Virus genome (UHGV): UHGV-0171999
DNA length: 64,000 nucleotides
Origin: a virus
Reading direction: 5' to 3' (one strand)
The position numbers and the translations under genes were made by a program. A model generated the notes under the pieces. The model was not told the DNA's origin. It ran no database searches and worked only from the letters and a program-made list of their open reading frames with translations. This document shows, piece after piece, positions 38,466 to 49,254 of the stretch (positions are counted from its first letter, which is position 1; every line of letters starts with the position of its first letter).

Positions 38466-39481
38466 AAATTTTAAATTTAGGTGATTGGCATTTAGGCGTT
38501 AAAGCCGATGATGAGTGGATTCGCGGTATTCAAATTGATGGAATTAAACAAGCAATAGAATATTCTAAGAAAAATGGAATTACTACCTGGATTCAATACG
38601 GTGATATTTTTGATGTGCGAAAAGCGATCACACATAAAACTATGGAGTTTGCCCGTGAAATAGTTCAAATGCTTGATGATGCTGGAATTACATTACACAC
38701 TATTGTAGGAAATCACGATCTCCACTATAAAAATGTAATGCATCCAAATGCCTCTACCGAGCTTTTGGCTAAATATCCTAATGTTAAAGTATATGATAAG
38801 CCTACTACAGTAGATTTTGACGGATGTTTGATTGATTTAATTCCTTGGATGTGTGAAGAAAATACTGGTGAAATTCTTGAACACATCAAAACTTCATCTG
38901 CTTCTTTTTGTGTTGGTCACTGGGAACTGAATGGATTTTATTTTTATAAAGGAATGAAATCTCACGGTCTTGAACCTGATTTCCTTAAGACTTATAAAGA
39001 GGTATGGTCTGGTCACTTCCATACTATCTCTGAGGCTGCTAACGTCAGATATATTGGGACACCATGGACACTAACTGCAGGTGACGAGAATGACCCTCGT
39101 GGGTTCTGGATGTTTGATACAGAAACAGAACGAATGGAATTTATTCCAAACAACACTACCTGGCATCGTCGAATTCAATATCCATTTAAGGGAAAAATTG
39201 ACTATAAAGATTTTACAAATCTATCAGTACGTGTTATAGTAACTGAGGTAGACAAAAATCTGACGAAGTTCGAATCTGAACTAGAAAAAGTTGTGCATTC
39301 ATTACGAGTTGTGTCAAAGATTGATAACTCTGTCGAGTCAGATGATAGTGAAGAAGTTGAAGTTCAATCTCTTCAGACGTTGATGGAAGAATACATTAAT
39401 GCAATTCCAGACATCACTGATTCTGACCGCGAAGCACTTATTCAATATGCAAATCAGTTATATGTAGAGGCAACACAATGA
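38462..39481 (+). CDS. 47: recombination endonuclease subunit gp47 (Mre11-like)
   Basis: Phosphoesterase motifs (LGDWHLG, GNHD, GHWE); 339 aa. Confidence 0.9.
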   Translation: MKILNLGDWHLGVKADDEWIRGIQIDGIKQAIEYSKKNGITTWIQYGDIFDVRKAITHKTMEFAREIVQMLDDAGITLHTIVGNHDLHYKNVMHPNASTELLAKYPNVKVYDKPTTVDFDGCLIDLIPWMCEENTGEILEHIKTSSASFCVGHWELNGFYFYKGMKSHGLEPDFLKTYKEVWSGHFHTISEAANVRYIGTPWTLTAGDENDPRGFWMFDTETERMEFIPNNTTWHRRIQYPFKGKIDYKDFTNLSVRVIVTEVDKNLTKFESELEKVVHSLRVVSKIDNSVESDDSEEVEVQSLQTLMEEYINAIPDITDSDREALIQYANQLYVEATQ

Positions 39482-39741
39482 CTTTTGATGAATTTAAAAA
39501 TGTTATGATGAGTCAGCATTTTGAATGCGAAGTAAAAGATGATATTGGGCATAAAGAAATTATTGAATATTGGTTTGAACCACTAGAGGTTGAAGATAAT
39601 TGTATTAAAAAGGTCACGGTCTGCACTGACTGGGCTGTATCTTTTAACTTCAACATTTTAGATAATGACACACCTAAATCATTACAAGATATGGCTGTAT
39701 CTTGTATTAAGGATGCATACTGTGAAGTTTTCGACATTTGA
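39478..39741 (+). CDS. hypothetical protein (46.1-like)
   Basis: 87-aa ORF coupled to gene 47. Confidence 0.5.
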   Translation: MTFDEFKNVMMSQHFECEVKDDIGHKEIIEYWFEPLEVEDNCIKKVTVCTDWAVSFNFNILDNDTPKSLQDMAVSCIKDAYCEVFDI

Positions 39742-39928
39742 CATTAATGATGAATTCATAGCAAACATTGATTATACCGAAGAAGATTCTAGATATGTTG
39801 GAATAATTTATATCACATCAAAAGCAGCGCAAGGTGTTGTTTGCATGGCTGAATTTGATGAATACTTTTTAGATTATGATGATATGATAGAATGGTCTAA
39901 AAGATACATTAAAAGGAATCTTTTGTGA
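39713..39928 (+). CDS. hypothetical protein (start uncertain)
   Basis: Track ORF 39665..39928; N-terminal part overlaps the preceding gene. Confidence 0.35.
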   Translation: MHTVKFSTFDINDEFIANIDYTEEDSRYVGIIYITSKAAQGVVCMAEFDEYFLDYDDMIEWSKRYIKRNLL

Positions 39929-41613
39929 AGAATTTTAAACTTAATAGAGTAAAATATAAAAATATAATGTCAGTTGGTCAAAATGGGATTGACATTCAAT
40001 TAGATAAGGTTCAAAAAACTCTTATTACTGGACGAAATGGCGGTGGTAAGTCTACTATGTTAGAAGCCATCACATTCGGGCTTTTTGGCAAGCCATTCCG
40101 TGATGTAAAGAAAGGTCAATTAATAAACAGCACAAATAAGAAAGAACTTTTAGTTGAACTGTGGATGGAATATGATGAGAAAAAGTACTATATCAAAAGA
40201 GGACAAAAACCAAATGTTTTCGAAATCACCGTTAACGGTACACGTCTTAATGAATCTGCCAGCAGTAAAGATTTCCAAGCAGAATTTGAACAGCTTATCG
40301 GAATGTCATATGCCAGTTTCAAACAGATCGTCGTACTCGGCACGGCTGGATATACCCCTTTTATGGGCCTATCCACTCCTGCAAGAAGAAAGCTTGTCGA
40401 AGACCTGCTCGAGGTAGGAACATTAGCTGAAATGGATAAGCTTAATAAAGCACTAATACGTGAATTAAATTCACAGAACCAAGTGCTTGATGTTAAAAAA
40501 GATAGTATTATCCAACAAATTAAAATATATAATGATAACGTTGAACGCCAGAAAAAATTAACTGGTGATAACCTTACTCGTCTACAGAATATGTATGATG
40601 ATTTGGCAAAAGAAGCCAGAACGTTAAAATCGGAAATAGAAGAAGCTAATGAAAGATTAGTTAATATTGTTTTGGATGAAGACCCGACTGATGCATTTAA
40701 TAAAATCGGTCAAGAAGCATTTTTAATTAAATCAAAAATTGACTCGTATAATAAAGTCATTAATATGTATCACGAAGGTGGATTATGTCCAACCTGTTTG
40801 TCACAATTAAGTTCCGGCGATAAAGTTGTTTCTAAAATTAAAGATAAAGTTTCTGAATGCACGCATTCGTTTGAACAGCTTTCAACACATCGTGATAATT
40901 TAAAAGTTCTTGTTGATGAATACCGAGATAATATTAAAACCCAGCAGACGTTGGCGAATGATATTCGCAATAAAAAGCAATCTCTAATCACGACGGTAGA
41001 TAAAGCTAAAAAAGTTAAAGCAGCTATAGAAAAGGCATCATCTGAGTTTATTGACCATGCTGATGAAATAGCACTGCTTCAAGAAGAACTTGATAAAATT
41101 GTTAAGACAAAAACTAATTTAGTAATGGAAAAATACCACAGAGGAATTTTGACTGACATGCTCAAAGATTCTGGTATTAAAGGTGCTATTATTAAAAAGT
41201 ACATTCCATTATTTAATAAGCAGATTAACCATTATCTTAAAATAATGGAAGCGGATTATGTGTTTACATTAGATGAAGAATTTAATGAGACAATTAAATC
41301 CCGTGGTCGTGAAGATTTTAGTTATGCTTCATTTAGTCAAGGTGAAAAAGCACGAATTGATATTGCTCTTTTATTTACTTGGCGTGATATTGCTGAAAAA
41401 GTTTCAGGTGTTAAAATAAGTTGTTTATTTCTTGATGAAGTGTATGACGGTGCATTTGATGCTGAAGGTATTAAAAATGTGGCTAAAATTTTAGATGGTT
41501 TGAAGAATACCAACTTCTTCATAATTTCGCATAAAGACCATGACCCACAGGAATATGGTCAGCACATTCAAATGGAAAAAGTTGGTAGATTTAGTTTAGC
41601 TAAGATTAGTTAG
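39925..41613 (+). CDS. 46: recombination endonuclease subunit gp46 (Rad50/SbcC-like ATPase)
   Basis: Walker A GRNGGGKST, coiled coil with CPTC hook, C-terminal FLDEVYDG; apparent GTG start; 562 aa. Confidence 0.9.
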   Translation: MKNFKLNRVKYKNIMSVGQNGIDIQLDKVQKTLITGRNGGGKSTMLEAITFGLFGKPFRDVKKGQLINSTNKKELLVELWMEYDEKKYYIKRGQKPNVFEITVNGTRLNESASSKDFQAEFEQLIGMSYASFKQIVVLGTAGYTPFMGLSTPARRKLVEDLLEVGTLAEMDKLNKALIRELNSQNQVLDVKKDSIIQQIKIYNDNVERQKKLTGDNLTRLQNMYDDLAKEARTLKSEIEEANERLVNIVLDEDPTDAFNKIGQEAFLIKSKIDSYNKVINMYHEGGLCPTCLSQLSSGDKVVSKIKDKVSECTHSFEQLSTHRDNLKVLVDEYRDNIKTQQTLANDIRNKKQSLITTVDKAKKVKAAIEKASSEFIDHADEIALLQEELDKIVKTKTNLVMEKYHRGILTDMLKDSGIKGAIIKKYIPLFNKQINHYLKIMEADYVFTLDEEFNETIKSRGREDFSYASFSQGEKARIDIALLFTWRDIAEKVSGVKISCLFLDEVYDGAFDAEGIKNVAKILDGLKNTNFFIISHKDHDPQEYGQHIQMEKVGRFSLAKIS

Positions 41614-42322
41614 GTTTATATTTACAATTATCATTATGCCATCTTGATAAATTTCCGAAAGTGGTAACTTTACCACAATGGACGCAAGTACCAGTCTTTT
41701 CAGTTTTCTTGCGTCCATTTGGATTTTTCTTGCAGAAATTTCTATGCGCTGCGATAACGCATTTCTTGCCTATCATTCCGCAGAATTCGCAGGATGTTTC
41801 TTCAAGAACGATTGCTTTAAGCCCGTTTGAGATATTATTTCTGTGTTCTTTAGACATTGGCGGTCTAACTTTAGGATTGGGGTGATTTGGGCAGTTATCA
41901 AAATGCCATCGATTCATATTCCCGCTTAATCCAGACTTACCGCAATGTGGACAAGTTAGTCTTGCTTTATTAGCTACTGCATCGGACATTTTCTTTCGTG
42001 TCTCTTGGGAGAACTCTTTATTCTTTTCTATTTCCCAGAGTTTACGACGAATCCAGCCGAAAGTTTTATTGTTGCGTTTAGCGTATTTCGTAGAAACTGT
42101 CATCATGTTAGCAGCATAGACTAATTTTGGTTCAGAAGGATAAATTTTTACTAAAAGTTGATGAGCTACATAGTGCTCTTCTGGTGTTAAATCTACTAAG
42201 TTTGAAGCATCATCGCTACCATTTAAACAGCGTGGTATAATGTGATGAGATTCAGTATAGCAATCAAGTTTTCGAGATTTAGCATTAGAGATTAACTTTT
42301 CGTAAATTAGTTTATAATTCAT
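41606..42322 (-). mobile_element. free-standing HNH homing endonuclease gene (mob-like), antisense to early genes
   Basis: HNH motif ESHHIIPRCLNGSDDASNLVDLTPEEH plus repeated CPHCG/CEFCG/CVHCG zinc-finger-like modules; convergent 8-nt overlap with gene 46. Confidence 0.75.
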
Positions 42323-42355
42323 AACATATCCTTTTGATACAGCGAGTGATAAACA

Positions 42356-42363
42356 TATTTATA
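42356..42363 (-). promoter_or_regulatory. T4 late promoter TATAAATA on minus strand, upstream of the HNH gene
   Basis: + strand TATTTATA about 34 nt upstream of the HNH start codon. Confidence 0.55.
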
Positions 42364-42373
42364 CGGAGGAACT

Positions 42374-42565
42374 GTGGCAGAATATTCAACTGGACAGCAT
42401 CTATTAACTATTCCTGAAATAAAACGATATATTCTGAGAAATAATTTTTCTAATGAAGAGCATATAGTTACTGAATCTATGCTTAAGAATGCATTTAAAG
42501 CAGAATATACGAAAATAATGTCCAACAGAAATGAAGCTTGGACTGTTACTGATTATTATGACTAA
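42374..42565 (+). CDS. hypothetical protein (45.2-like)
   Basis: 63-aa ORF, GTG start after GGAGGA. Confidence 0.55.
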   Translation: MAEYSTGQHLLTIPEIKRYILRNNFSNEEHIVTESMLKNAFKAEYTKIMSNRNEAWTVTDYYD

Positions 42566-42574
42566 AGGTGTATT

Positions 42575-42964
42575 ATGACTAAAATTACCGTGAATTATAC
42601 TGTTGATGTAAAAGATATTCAGCCAAAACACGTGCGTTCTGAATCAAATCCGCAAAACCAAAATAAAATTCGTCGAGCATGGGTTTTGTCTCTTTCTGAT
42701 AACGCAATGGAAGTTATTCAGAATAAAATTAAATCTGCACCTGCTCGTCATGCGTATTATGAAGCTATCGATCGTGAAGTGAGTGATAAATGGATTGAAC
42801 TGATGCGCAAACATACGGCAGAATCTCTAAACGCTGGTGCCAAATTTATTATGACTTCATGTGGTGAACGCCTTGAAGATGATTATTGCGGTAATGCAGA
42901 TGAACGTCTAATTGTTGCTGCTCAAATTGTTGCTGAAACAATTGCTGCTGATTTTAATCGTTAA
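42575..42964 (+). CDS. rpbA: RNA polymerase binding protein RpbA
   Basis: [23 protein letters not shown]...; 129 aa as T4 RpbA. Confidence 0.85.
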   Translation: MTKITVNYTVDVKDIQPKHVRSESNPQNQNKIRRAWVLSLSDNAMEVIQNKIKSAPARHAYYEAIDREVSDKWIELMRKHTAESLNAGAKFIMTSCGERLEDDYCGNADERLIVAAQIVAETIAADFNR

Positions 42965-42988
42965 TTGCTTTATTAAATTAGTTATAAA
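42964..42988 (+). promoter_or_regulatory. candidate T4 middle promoter (MotA box) for gene 45
   Basis: TTGCTTTAT, about 10 nt, TATAAA. Confidence 0.45.
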
Positions 42989-43019
42989 ATTAAATCTCAT
43001 TTGAATTGAAGGAAATTAC

Positions 43020-43706
43020 ATGAAACTGTCTAAAGATACTACTGCTCTGCTTAAAAATTTCGCTACTATTAACTCCGGTATTATGCTTAAATCTGGTCAA
43101 TTTATTATGACTCGCGCGGTTAATGGTACAACTTATGCGGAAGCAAATATTTCTGACACTATTGATTTTGATGTAGCGATTTACGATTTGAACGGTTTTC
43201 TCGGTATTCTGTCCCTAGTTAATGACGATGCAGAAATTTCCCAGTCAGAAGATGGAAATATTAAAATTGCTGATGCTCGTTCAACAATTTTTTGGCCAGC
43301 AGCCGATCCGAGTACAGTAGTTGCTCCTAATAAACCAATTCCATTCCCAGTAGCATCTGTTGTTACCGAAATTAAAGCTGAAGACCTTCAACAGCTGTTG
43401 CGTGTATCTCGTGGTCTGCAGATTGATACAATTGCTATCACAGTAAAAGAAGGTAAAATCGTAATTAACGGTTTTAATAAAGTAGAAGATTCTGCTTTGA
43501 CCCGTGTTAAATATTCTTTGACTCTTGGTGATTATGATGGTGAAAATACATTTAATTTCATTATCAATATGGCAAATATGAAAATGCAACCAGGAAATTA
43601 TAAACTTCTGCTCTGGGCAAAAGGTAAACAAGGCGCTGCTAAATTTGAAGGTGAACACGCGAATTATGTAGTAGCTCTTGAAGCTGATTCTACTCACGAT
43701 TTTTAA
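43020..43706 (+). CDS. 45: sliding clamp gp45
   Basis: MKLSKDTTALLKNFATINSGIMLKSGQFIMTRAVNGTTYAEANISD... matches remembered T4 gp45; 228 aa. Confidence 0.95.
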   Translation: MKLSKDTTALLKNFATINSGIMLKSGQFIMTRAVNGTTYAEANISDTIDFDVAIYDLNGFLGILSLVNDDAEISQSEDGNIKIADARSTIFWPAADPSTVVAPNKPIPFPVASVVTEIKAEDLQQLLRVSRGLQIDTIAITVKEGKIVINGFNKVEDSALTRVKYSLTLGDYDGENTFNFIINMANMKMQPGNYKLLLWAKGKQGAAKFEGEHANYVVALEADSTHDF

Positions 43707-43708
43707 TA

Positions 43709-43725
43709 GAGGGCTTCGGCCCTTT
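43709..43725 (+). terminator. UUCG-tetraloop hairpin
   Basis: GAGGGCTTCGGCCCTTT. Confidence 0.55.
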
Positions 43726-43757
43726 ATAATTTACACTAAAACTTGAATGAGGAAATT

Positions 43758-44717
43758 ATGATTACTGTAAATGAAAAAGAACACATTCTTGAACAGAAAT
43801 ATCGTCCATCTACTATCGATGAATGTATTCTTCCCGCCTTTGATAAAGAAACCTTTAAATCTATTACAAGTAAAGGTAAGATTCCGCATATTATTCTTCA
43901 TTCTCCTTCTCCAGGAACAGGTAAAACAACTGTAGCAAAAGCATTGTGTCATGATGTAAATGCTGATATGATGTTTGTGAATGGGTCAGATTGTAAAATT
44001 GATTTCGTTCGTGGTCCTTTGACTAATTTTGCTAGTGCAGCTTCATTTGATGGTCGTCAAAAAGTAATCGTTATTGATGAATTTGACCGCTCAGGGTTAG
44101 CAGAGTCTCAGCGACATCTTCGTTCCTTTATGGAAGCTTATAGTTCAAACTGTAGTATTATTATTACTGCTAACAATATTGATGGTATTATTAAACCACT
44201 TCAGTCACGCTGTCGCGTTATTACATTCGGTCAACCGACCGATGAAGATAAAATTGAAATGATGAAGCAGATGATTCGTCGATTGACTGAAATCTGTAAG
44301 CATGAAGGAATTGCTATAGCTGATATGAAAGTTGTAGCAGCTTTGGTTAAAAAGAATTTTCCTGATTTTCGTAAAACTATTGGTGAGCTCGATAGTTATT
44401 CATCTAAAGGTGTTTTGGATGCTGGTATTTTATCACTGGTTACTAACGATCGTGGTGCTATTGATGATGTTCTTGAATCTCTCAAAAATAAAGATGTTAA
44501 ACAGCTCAGAGCTTTAGCACCAAAATATGCGGCTGATTATTCGTGGTTCGTTGGTAAACTTGCCGAAGAAATCTATACACGCGTAACTCCGCAAAGTATT
44601 ATTCGTATGTATGAAATTGTTGGTGAAAATAACCAGTATCATGGAATTGCGGCTAATACGGAATTACATTTAGCATATCTTTTCATTCAATTAGCATGCG
44701 AAATGCAGTGGAAGTGA
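43758..44717 (+). CDS. 44: clamp loader ATPase subunit gp44
   Basis: Walker [11 protein letters not shown]; 319 aa from internal ATG after GAGGAAA. Confidence 0.9.
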   Translation: MITVNEKEHILEQKYRPSTIDECILPAFDKETFKSITSKGKIPHIILHSPSPGTGKTTVAKALCHDVNADMMFVNGSDCKIDFVRGPLTNFASAASFDGRQKVIVIDEFDRSGLAESQRHLRSFMEAYSSNCSIIITANNIDGIIKPLQSRCRVITFGQPTDEDKIEMMKQMIRRLTEICKHEGIAIADMKVVAALVKKNFPDFRKTIGELDSYSSKGVLDAGILSLVTNDRGAIDDVLESLKNKDVKQLRALAPKYAADYSWFVGKLAEEIYTRVTPQSIIRMYEIVGENNQYHGIAANTELHLAYLFIQLACEMQWK

Positions 44718-44718
44718 T

Positions 44719-45282
44719 ATGAGCTTATTTGAAGATGATATTCAATTAAACGAGCATCAAGTTGCTTGGTATTCAAAAGATTGGACAGCTGTCCAATCTG
44801 CTGCTGATTCTTTTAAGGAAAAAGCTGAAAATGAATTTTTTGAAATAATTGGAGCTATTAATAATAAAACTAAATGCTCTATTGCTCAAAAAGATTATTC
44901 AAAATACATGGTTGAGAATGCATTATCACAATTTCCTGAATGCATGCCAGCTGTATATGCAATGAATTTAATCGGTTCTGGATTAAGTGATGAAGCCCAT
45001 TTTAATTATCTGATGGCTGCTGTTCCTCGTGGTAAAAGATATGGTAAATGGGCAAAATTGGTCGAAGATTCTACTGAAGTATTGATTATTAAGTTACTTG
45101 CTAAGCGGTATCAAGTTAATACAAATGATGCAATTAACTATAAATCAATTCTTACTAAAAATGGAAAACTTCCTTTAGTATTAAAAGAACTAAAAGGTTT
45201 AGTCACGGATGATTTTTTGAAAGAAGTGACTAAGAATGTAAAAGAACAGAAACAACTCAAAAAACTAGCATTGGAATGGTAA
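44719..45282 (+). CDS. 62: clamp loader subunit gp62
   Basis: 187 aa, coupled to gene 44. Confidence 0.85.
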   Translation: MSLFEDDIQLNEHQVAWYSKDWTAVQSAADSFKEKAENEFFEIIGAINNKTKCSIAQKDYSKYMVENALSQFPECMPAVYAMNLIGSGLSDEAHFNYLMAAVPRGKRYGKWAKLVEDSTEVLIIKLLAKRYQVNTNDAINYKSILTKNGKLPLVLKELKGLVTDDFLKEVTKNVKEQKQLKKLALEW

Positions 45283-45283
45283 A

Positions 45284-45652
45284 ATGATTGAAATTACTCT
45301 TAAAAAACCTGAAGATTTTCTGAAAGTAAAAGAAACTTTGACTCGTATGGGAATTGCTAATAATAAAGATAAAGTTCTGTATCAATCCTGTCATATTCTC
45401 CAGAAAAAAGGACTATACTATATCGTTCATTTTAAAGAAATGCTTCGTATGGATGGCCGTCAGGTTGAAATGACAGAAGAAGATGAAGTTCGTCGTGATT
45501 CGATTGCATGGCTGTTAGAAGATTGGGGACTGATTGAAATCGTTCCTGGTCAAAGAACTTTTATGAAAGATTTAACCAATAACTTCCGAGTTATTTCTTT
45601 TAAACAAAAACATGAATGGAAACTCGTTCCTAAATATACGATTGGTAATTAA
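45284..45652 (+). CDS. regA: translational repressor RegA
   Basis: 122 aa, position between 62 and 43. Confidence 0.85.
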   Translation: MIEITLKKPEDFLKVKETLTRMGIANNKDKVLYQSCHILQKKGLYYIVHFKEMLRMDGRQVEMTEEDEVRRDSIAWLLEDWGLIEIVPGQRTFMKDLTNNFRVISFKQKHEWKLVPKYTIGN

Positions 45653-45654
45653 GC

Positions 45655-45672
45655 AAGGGGCTTCGGCCCCTT
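45655..45672 (+). terminator. UUCG-tetraloop hairpin
   Basis: AAGGGGCTTCGGCCCCTT. Confidence 0.6.
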
Positions 45673-45730
45673 ATTTGGAGTATAATATATCAAGAGCCTA
45701 ATAACTCGGGCTATAAACTAAGGAATATCT

Positions 45731-48427
45731 ATGAAAGAATTTTATATCTCTATCGAAACAGTCGGAAATAATATTGTTGAGCGTTATATTGATGAAAACG
45801 GAAAGGAACGTACTCGTGAAGTAGAATATCTTCCGACTATGTTTAGGCACTGTAAGGAAGAGTCAAAATACAAAGACATTTATGGTAAAAATTGCGCTCC
45901 TCAAAAATTTCCATCTATGAAAGATGCACGAGACTGGATGAAACGAATGGAAGACATCGGTCTCGAAGCTCTCGGTATGAACGATTTTAAACTCGCTTAC
46001 ATCAGTGATACATATGGTTCAGAAATTGTTTATGACCGAAAATTTGTTCGTGTAGCTAACTGTGACATTGAGGTTACTGGTGATAAATTTCCTGACCCAA
46101 TGAAAGCAGAATATGAAATTGATGCTATCACTCATTATGATTCAATTGACGACCGTTTTTACGTCTTTGATTTGTTGAATTCAATGTACGGTTCAGTATC
46201 AAAATGGGATGCAAAGTTAGCTGCTAAGCTTGACTGTGAAGGTGGTGATGAAGTTCCTCAAGAAATTCTTGACCGAGTAATTTATATGCCATTCGATAAT
46301 GAGCGTGATATGCTCATGGAATATATTAATCTCTGGGAACAGAAACGACCTGCTATTTTTACCGGTTGGAATATTGAGGGATTTGACGTTCCGTATATCA
46401 TGAACCGTGTTAAAATGGTTCTCGGTGAACGCAGTATGAAACGCTTCTCTCCAATCGGTCGAGTAAAATCTAAACTAATTCAAAATATGTACGGTAGCAA
46501 AGAAATTTATTCTATTGATGGCGTATCTATTCTTGATTATTTAGATTTGTACAAGAAATTCGCATTTACTAATTTGCCGTCATTCTCTTTGGAATCAGTT
46601 GCTCAGCACGAAACCAAAAAAGGTAAATTACCATATGATGGTCCTATTAATAAACTTCGCGAGACTAATCATCAACGATACATTAGTTATAACATCATTG
46701 ACGTAGAATCAGTTCAAGCAATTGATAAAATTCGTGGGTTTATCGATCTAGTTTTAAGTATGTCTTATTACGCTAAAATGCCTTTTTCTGGTGTAATGAG
46801 TCCTATTAAAACTTGGGATGCTATTATTTTTAACTCACTGAAAGGTGAACATAAGGTTATTCCTCAACAAGGTTCGCACGTTAAACAGAGTTTTCCAGGT
46901 GCATTTGTGTTTGAACCTAAACCGATTGCTCGTCGATACATTATGAGTTTTGACTTGACGTCTCTGTATCCTAGCATTATTCGTCAGGTTAACATTAGTC
47001 CTGAGACTATTCGCGGGCAGTTTAAAGTTCATCCAATTCATGAATATATCGCAGGAACAGCTCCTAAGCCAAGTGATGAATATTCTTGCTCTCCGAATGG
47101 ATGGATGTATGATAAGCACCAAGAAGGTATCATTCCAAAGGAAATCGCTAAAGTATTTTTCCAGCGTAAAGACTGGAAAAAGAAAATGTTCGCTGAAGAA
47201 ATGAATGCCGAAGCTATTAAAAAGATTATTATGAAAGGTGCAGGGTCTTGTTCAACTAAACCAGAAGTTGAACGATATGTTAAGTTCAATGATGATTTCT
47301 TAAATGAACTATCGAATTACACCGAATCTATTCTCAATAGTCTGATTGAAGAATGTGAAAAAGCAGCTACACTTGCTAATACAAATCAGCTGAACCGTAA
47401 AATTCTTATTAACAGTCTTTATGGTGCTCTTGGTAATATTCATTTCCGCTACTATGATTTGCGAAATGCTACTGCTATCACAATTTTCGGTCAAGTTGGT
47501 ATTCAGTGGATTGCTCGCAAAATTAATGAATATCTGAATAAAGTATGTGGAACTAATGGTGAAGATTTCATCGCAGCAGGTGATACTGATTCTGTATATG
47601 TTTGTGTAGATAAAGTAATTGAAAAAGTAGGTCTTGACCGCTTTAAAGAACAAAATGATTTAGTTGAATTCATGAATCAGTTTGGTAAGAAAAAGATGGA
47701 ACCTATGATTGATGTTGCATATCGTGAGTTATGTGATTATATGAATAACCGCGAGCATCTGATGCATATGGACCGTGAAGCTATTTCTTGCCCTCCACTT
47801 GGTTCAAAGGGTGTTGGTGGATTTTGGAAAGCGAAAAAACGTTATGCTCTGAACGTTTATGATATGGAAGATAAGCGATTTGCTGAACCGCATCTAAAAA
47901 TCATGGGTATGGAAACTCAGCAGAGTTCAACACCAAAAGCAGTACAAGAAGCTCTCGAAGAAAGTATTCGTCGTATTCTTCAGGAAGGTGAAGAGTCTGT
48001 CCAAGAATACTACAAGAACTTTGAGAAAGAATATCGTCAACTTGACTATAAAGTTATTGCTGAAGTAAAAACTGCGAACGATATAGCGAAATATGATGAT
48101 AAAGGTTGGCCAGGATTTAAATGTCCGTTCCATATTCGTGGTGTGCTAACTTATCGTCGAGCTGTTAGTGGTTTAGGTGTAGCTCCAATTTTGGATGGAA
48201 ATAAGGTAATGGTTCTTCCATTACGTGAAGGAAATCCATTTGGTGACAAGTGCATTGCTTGGCCGTCGGGTACGGAACTTCCAAAAGAAATTCGTTCTGA
48301 CGTACTGTCTTGGATTGACTACTCAACTTTGTTCCAAAAATCGTTTGTTAAACCGCTTGCGGGCATGTGTGAATCGGCGGGTATGGACTATGAAGAAAAA
48401 GCTTCGTTAGACTTCCTGTTTGGCTGA
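45731..48427 (+). CDS. 43: DNA polymerase gp43 (family B)
   Basis: 898 aa; exonuclease and polymerase motifs (DIE, SLYPSII, YGDTDS). Confidence 0.95.
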   Translation: MKEFYISIETVGNNIVERYIDENGKERTREVEYLPTMFRHCKEESKYKDIYGKNCAPQKFPSMKDARDWMKRMEDIGLEALGMNDFKLAYISDTYGSEIVYDRKFVRVANCDIEVTGDKFPDPMKAEYEIDAITHYDSIDDRFYVFDLLNSMYGSVSKWDAKLAAKLDCEGGDEVPQEILDRVIYMPFDNERDMLMEYINLWEQKRPAIFTGWNIEGFDVPYIMNRVKMVLGERSMKRFSPIGRVKSKLIQNMYGSKEIYSIDGVSILDYLDLYKKFAFTNLPSFSLESVAQHETKKGKLPYDGPINKLRETNHQRYISYNIIDVESVQAIDKIRGFIDLVLSMSYYAKMPFSGVMSPIKTWDAIIFNSLKGEHKVIPQQGSHVKQSFPGAFVFEPKPIARRYIMSFDLTSLYPSIIRQVNISPETIRGQFKVHPIHEYIAGTAPKPSDEYSCSPNGWMYDKHQEGIIPKEIAKVFFQRKDWKKKMFAEEMNAEAIKKIIMKGAGSCSTKPEVERYVKFNDDFLNELSNYTESILNSLIEECEKAATLANTNQLNRKILINSLYGALGNIHFRYYDLRNATAITIFGQVGIQWIARKINEYLNKVCGTNGEDFIAAGDTDSVYVCVDKVIEKVGLDRFKEQNDLVEFMNQFGKKKMEPMIDVAYRELCDYMNNREHLMHMDREAISCPPLGSKGVGGFWKAKKRYALNVYDMEDKRFAEPHLKIMGMETQQSSTPKAVQEALEESIRRILQEGEESVQEYYKNFEKEYRQLDYKVIAEVKTANDIAKYDDKGWPGFKCPFHIRGVLTYRRAVSGLGVAPILDGNKVMVLPLREGNPFGDKCIAWPSGTELPKEIRSDVLSWIDYSTLFQKSFVKPLAGMCESAGMDYEEKASLDFLFG

Positions 48428-48439
48428 TAGAATAAATCT

Positions 48440-48461
48440 AGGGACCTCCGGGTCCCTTTTT
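48440..48461 (+). terminator. intrinsic terminator, tetraloop-type hairpin plus T-run
   Basis: AGGGACCTCCGGGTCCCTTTTT. Confidence 0.7.
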
Positions 48462-48544
48462 CATACAAGTAATATAAATCTATACTTAGGAAAAATAGAT
48501 GATTCTAGGTCCTGTAAATTCATTAAAATTTTTTTCACAAAACT

Positions 48545-48574
48545 GTTTACATCCCTGTTCTTCCATGGTACTAT
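48545..48574 (+). promoter_or_regulatory. T4 early promoter, repeated cassette
   Basis: Near-identical to the 6851 cassette: TTCACAAAACTGTTTACA...TGGTACTATACAACTATCAACTACGGAGGAACA. Confidence 0.65.
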
Positions 48575-48602
48575 ACAACTATCAACTACGGAGGAACACA
48601 AA

Positions 48603-48854
48603 ATGAAAAATATTCAAACTAATTTTATTCAAAATTTAAAAGTTGTTAATGCAGAAAAAGCTAATAAACTCTTTAAAGTTAAAGAATTCGAAAATGAAGG
48701 TAATACTTATGGTATTATAGAACAAAATGGAATGGTGACTGGATTAGAAATTTATATTGGCAAAGGAAAATTTCAGTCACAGCCAATTTCTGTTATGGGT
48801 GTAAGAAAAGGAATTAAAATTGAAGATGCTTTAAAATTATTTGCTAAGTTTTAA
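48603..48854 (+). CDS. hypothetical protein
   Basis: ATG after GGAGGAACA; the track's upstream extension runs through promoter and terminator; 83 aa. Confidence 0.55.
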   Translation: MKNIQTNFIQNLKVVNAEKANKLFKVKEFENEGNTYGIIEQNGMVTGLEIYIGKGKFQSQPISVMGVRKGIKIEDALKLFAKF

Positions 48855-48866
48855 GAGGAAATTGTT

Positions 48867-49247
48867 ATGAAAATCGCTATTTTGGTTATTGCATTAGGTC
48901 TTACTGGTTGTGTAGCTCAAGGACCGGTAGTGAATCAGTCTGATGTAGGAAAAATTGTAAACTGTTCAAGCAAATTTTATAATCCTAATGTCAAGTGTTA
49001 TAAAGAAGCTCCAAAGCAGACAGTAGAACAAATGCAGGCGAATTTTGACGAAGCTATTCGTCCAGATGAATCTGCTCAAGCATATCGTAATTCAGATGTG
49101 ATTACACGTGAAGAAAAAATTGAAAACTACTGCGCCGAACTTTGGGTTAATTGGGCTAATAATTACCAATGGCGTACTGGTAAAAATGCTCCAATGGAGT
49201 ATGTAGTGAATTCTTATAATTCATGCGTAAAAAATTTGACTAAGTGA
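48867..49247 (+). CDS. lipoprotein
   Basis: Lipobox MKIAILVIALGLTGC; 126 aa. Confidence 0.6.
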   Translation: MKIAILVIALGLTGCVAQGPVVNQSDVGKIVNCSSKFYNPNVKCYKEAPKQTVEQMQANFDEAIRPDESAQAYRNSDVITREEKIENYCAELWVNWANNYQWRTGKNAPMEYVVNSYNSCVKNLTK

Positions 49248-49254
49248 GGAAAAA

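Noticed and set aside
40154-40991. Internal and antisense ORFs within gene 46 (40154..40417, 40188..40376, 40770..40991)
   Set aside because: Nested in or antisense to a conserved long gene; no independent start signals.
46835-48133. Minus-strand ORFs within gene 43
   Set aside because: Antisense to DNA polymerase gene; low-complexity products.
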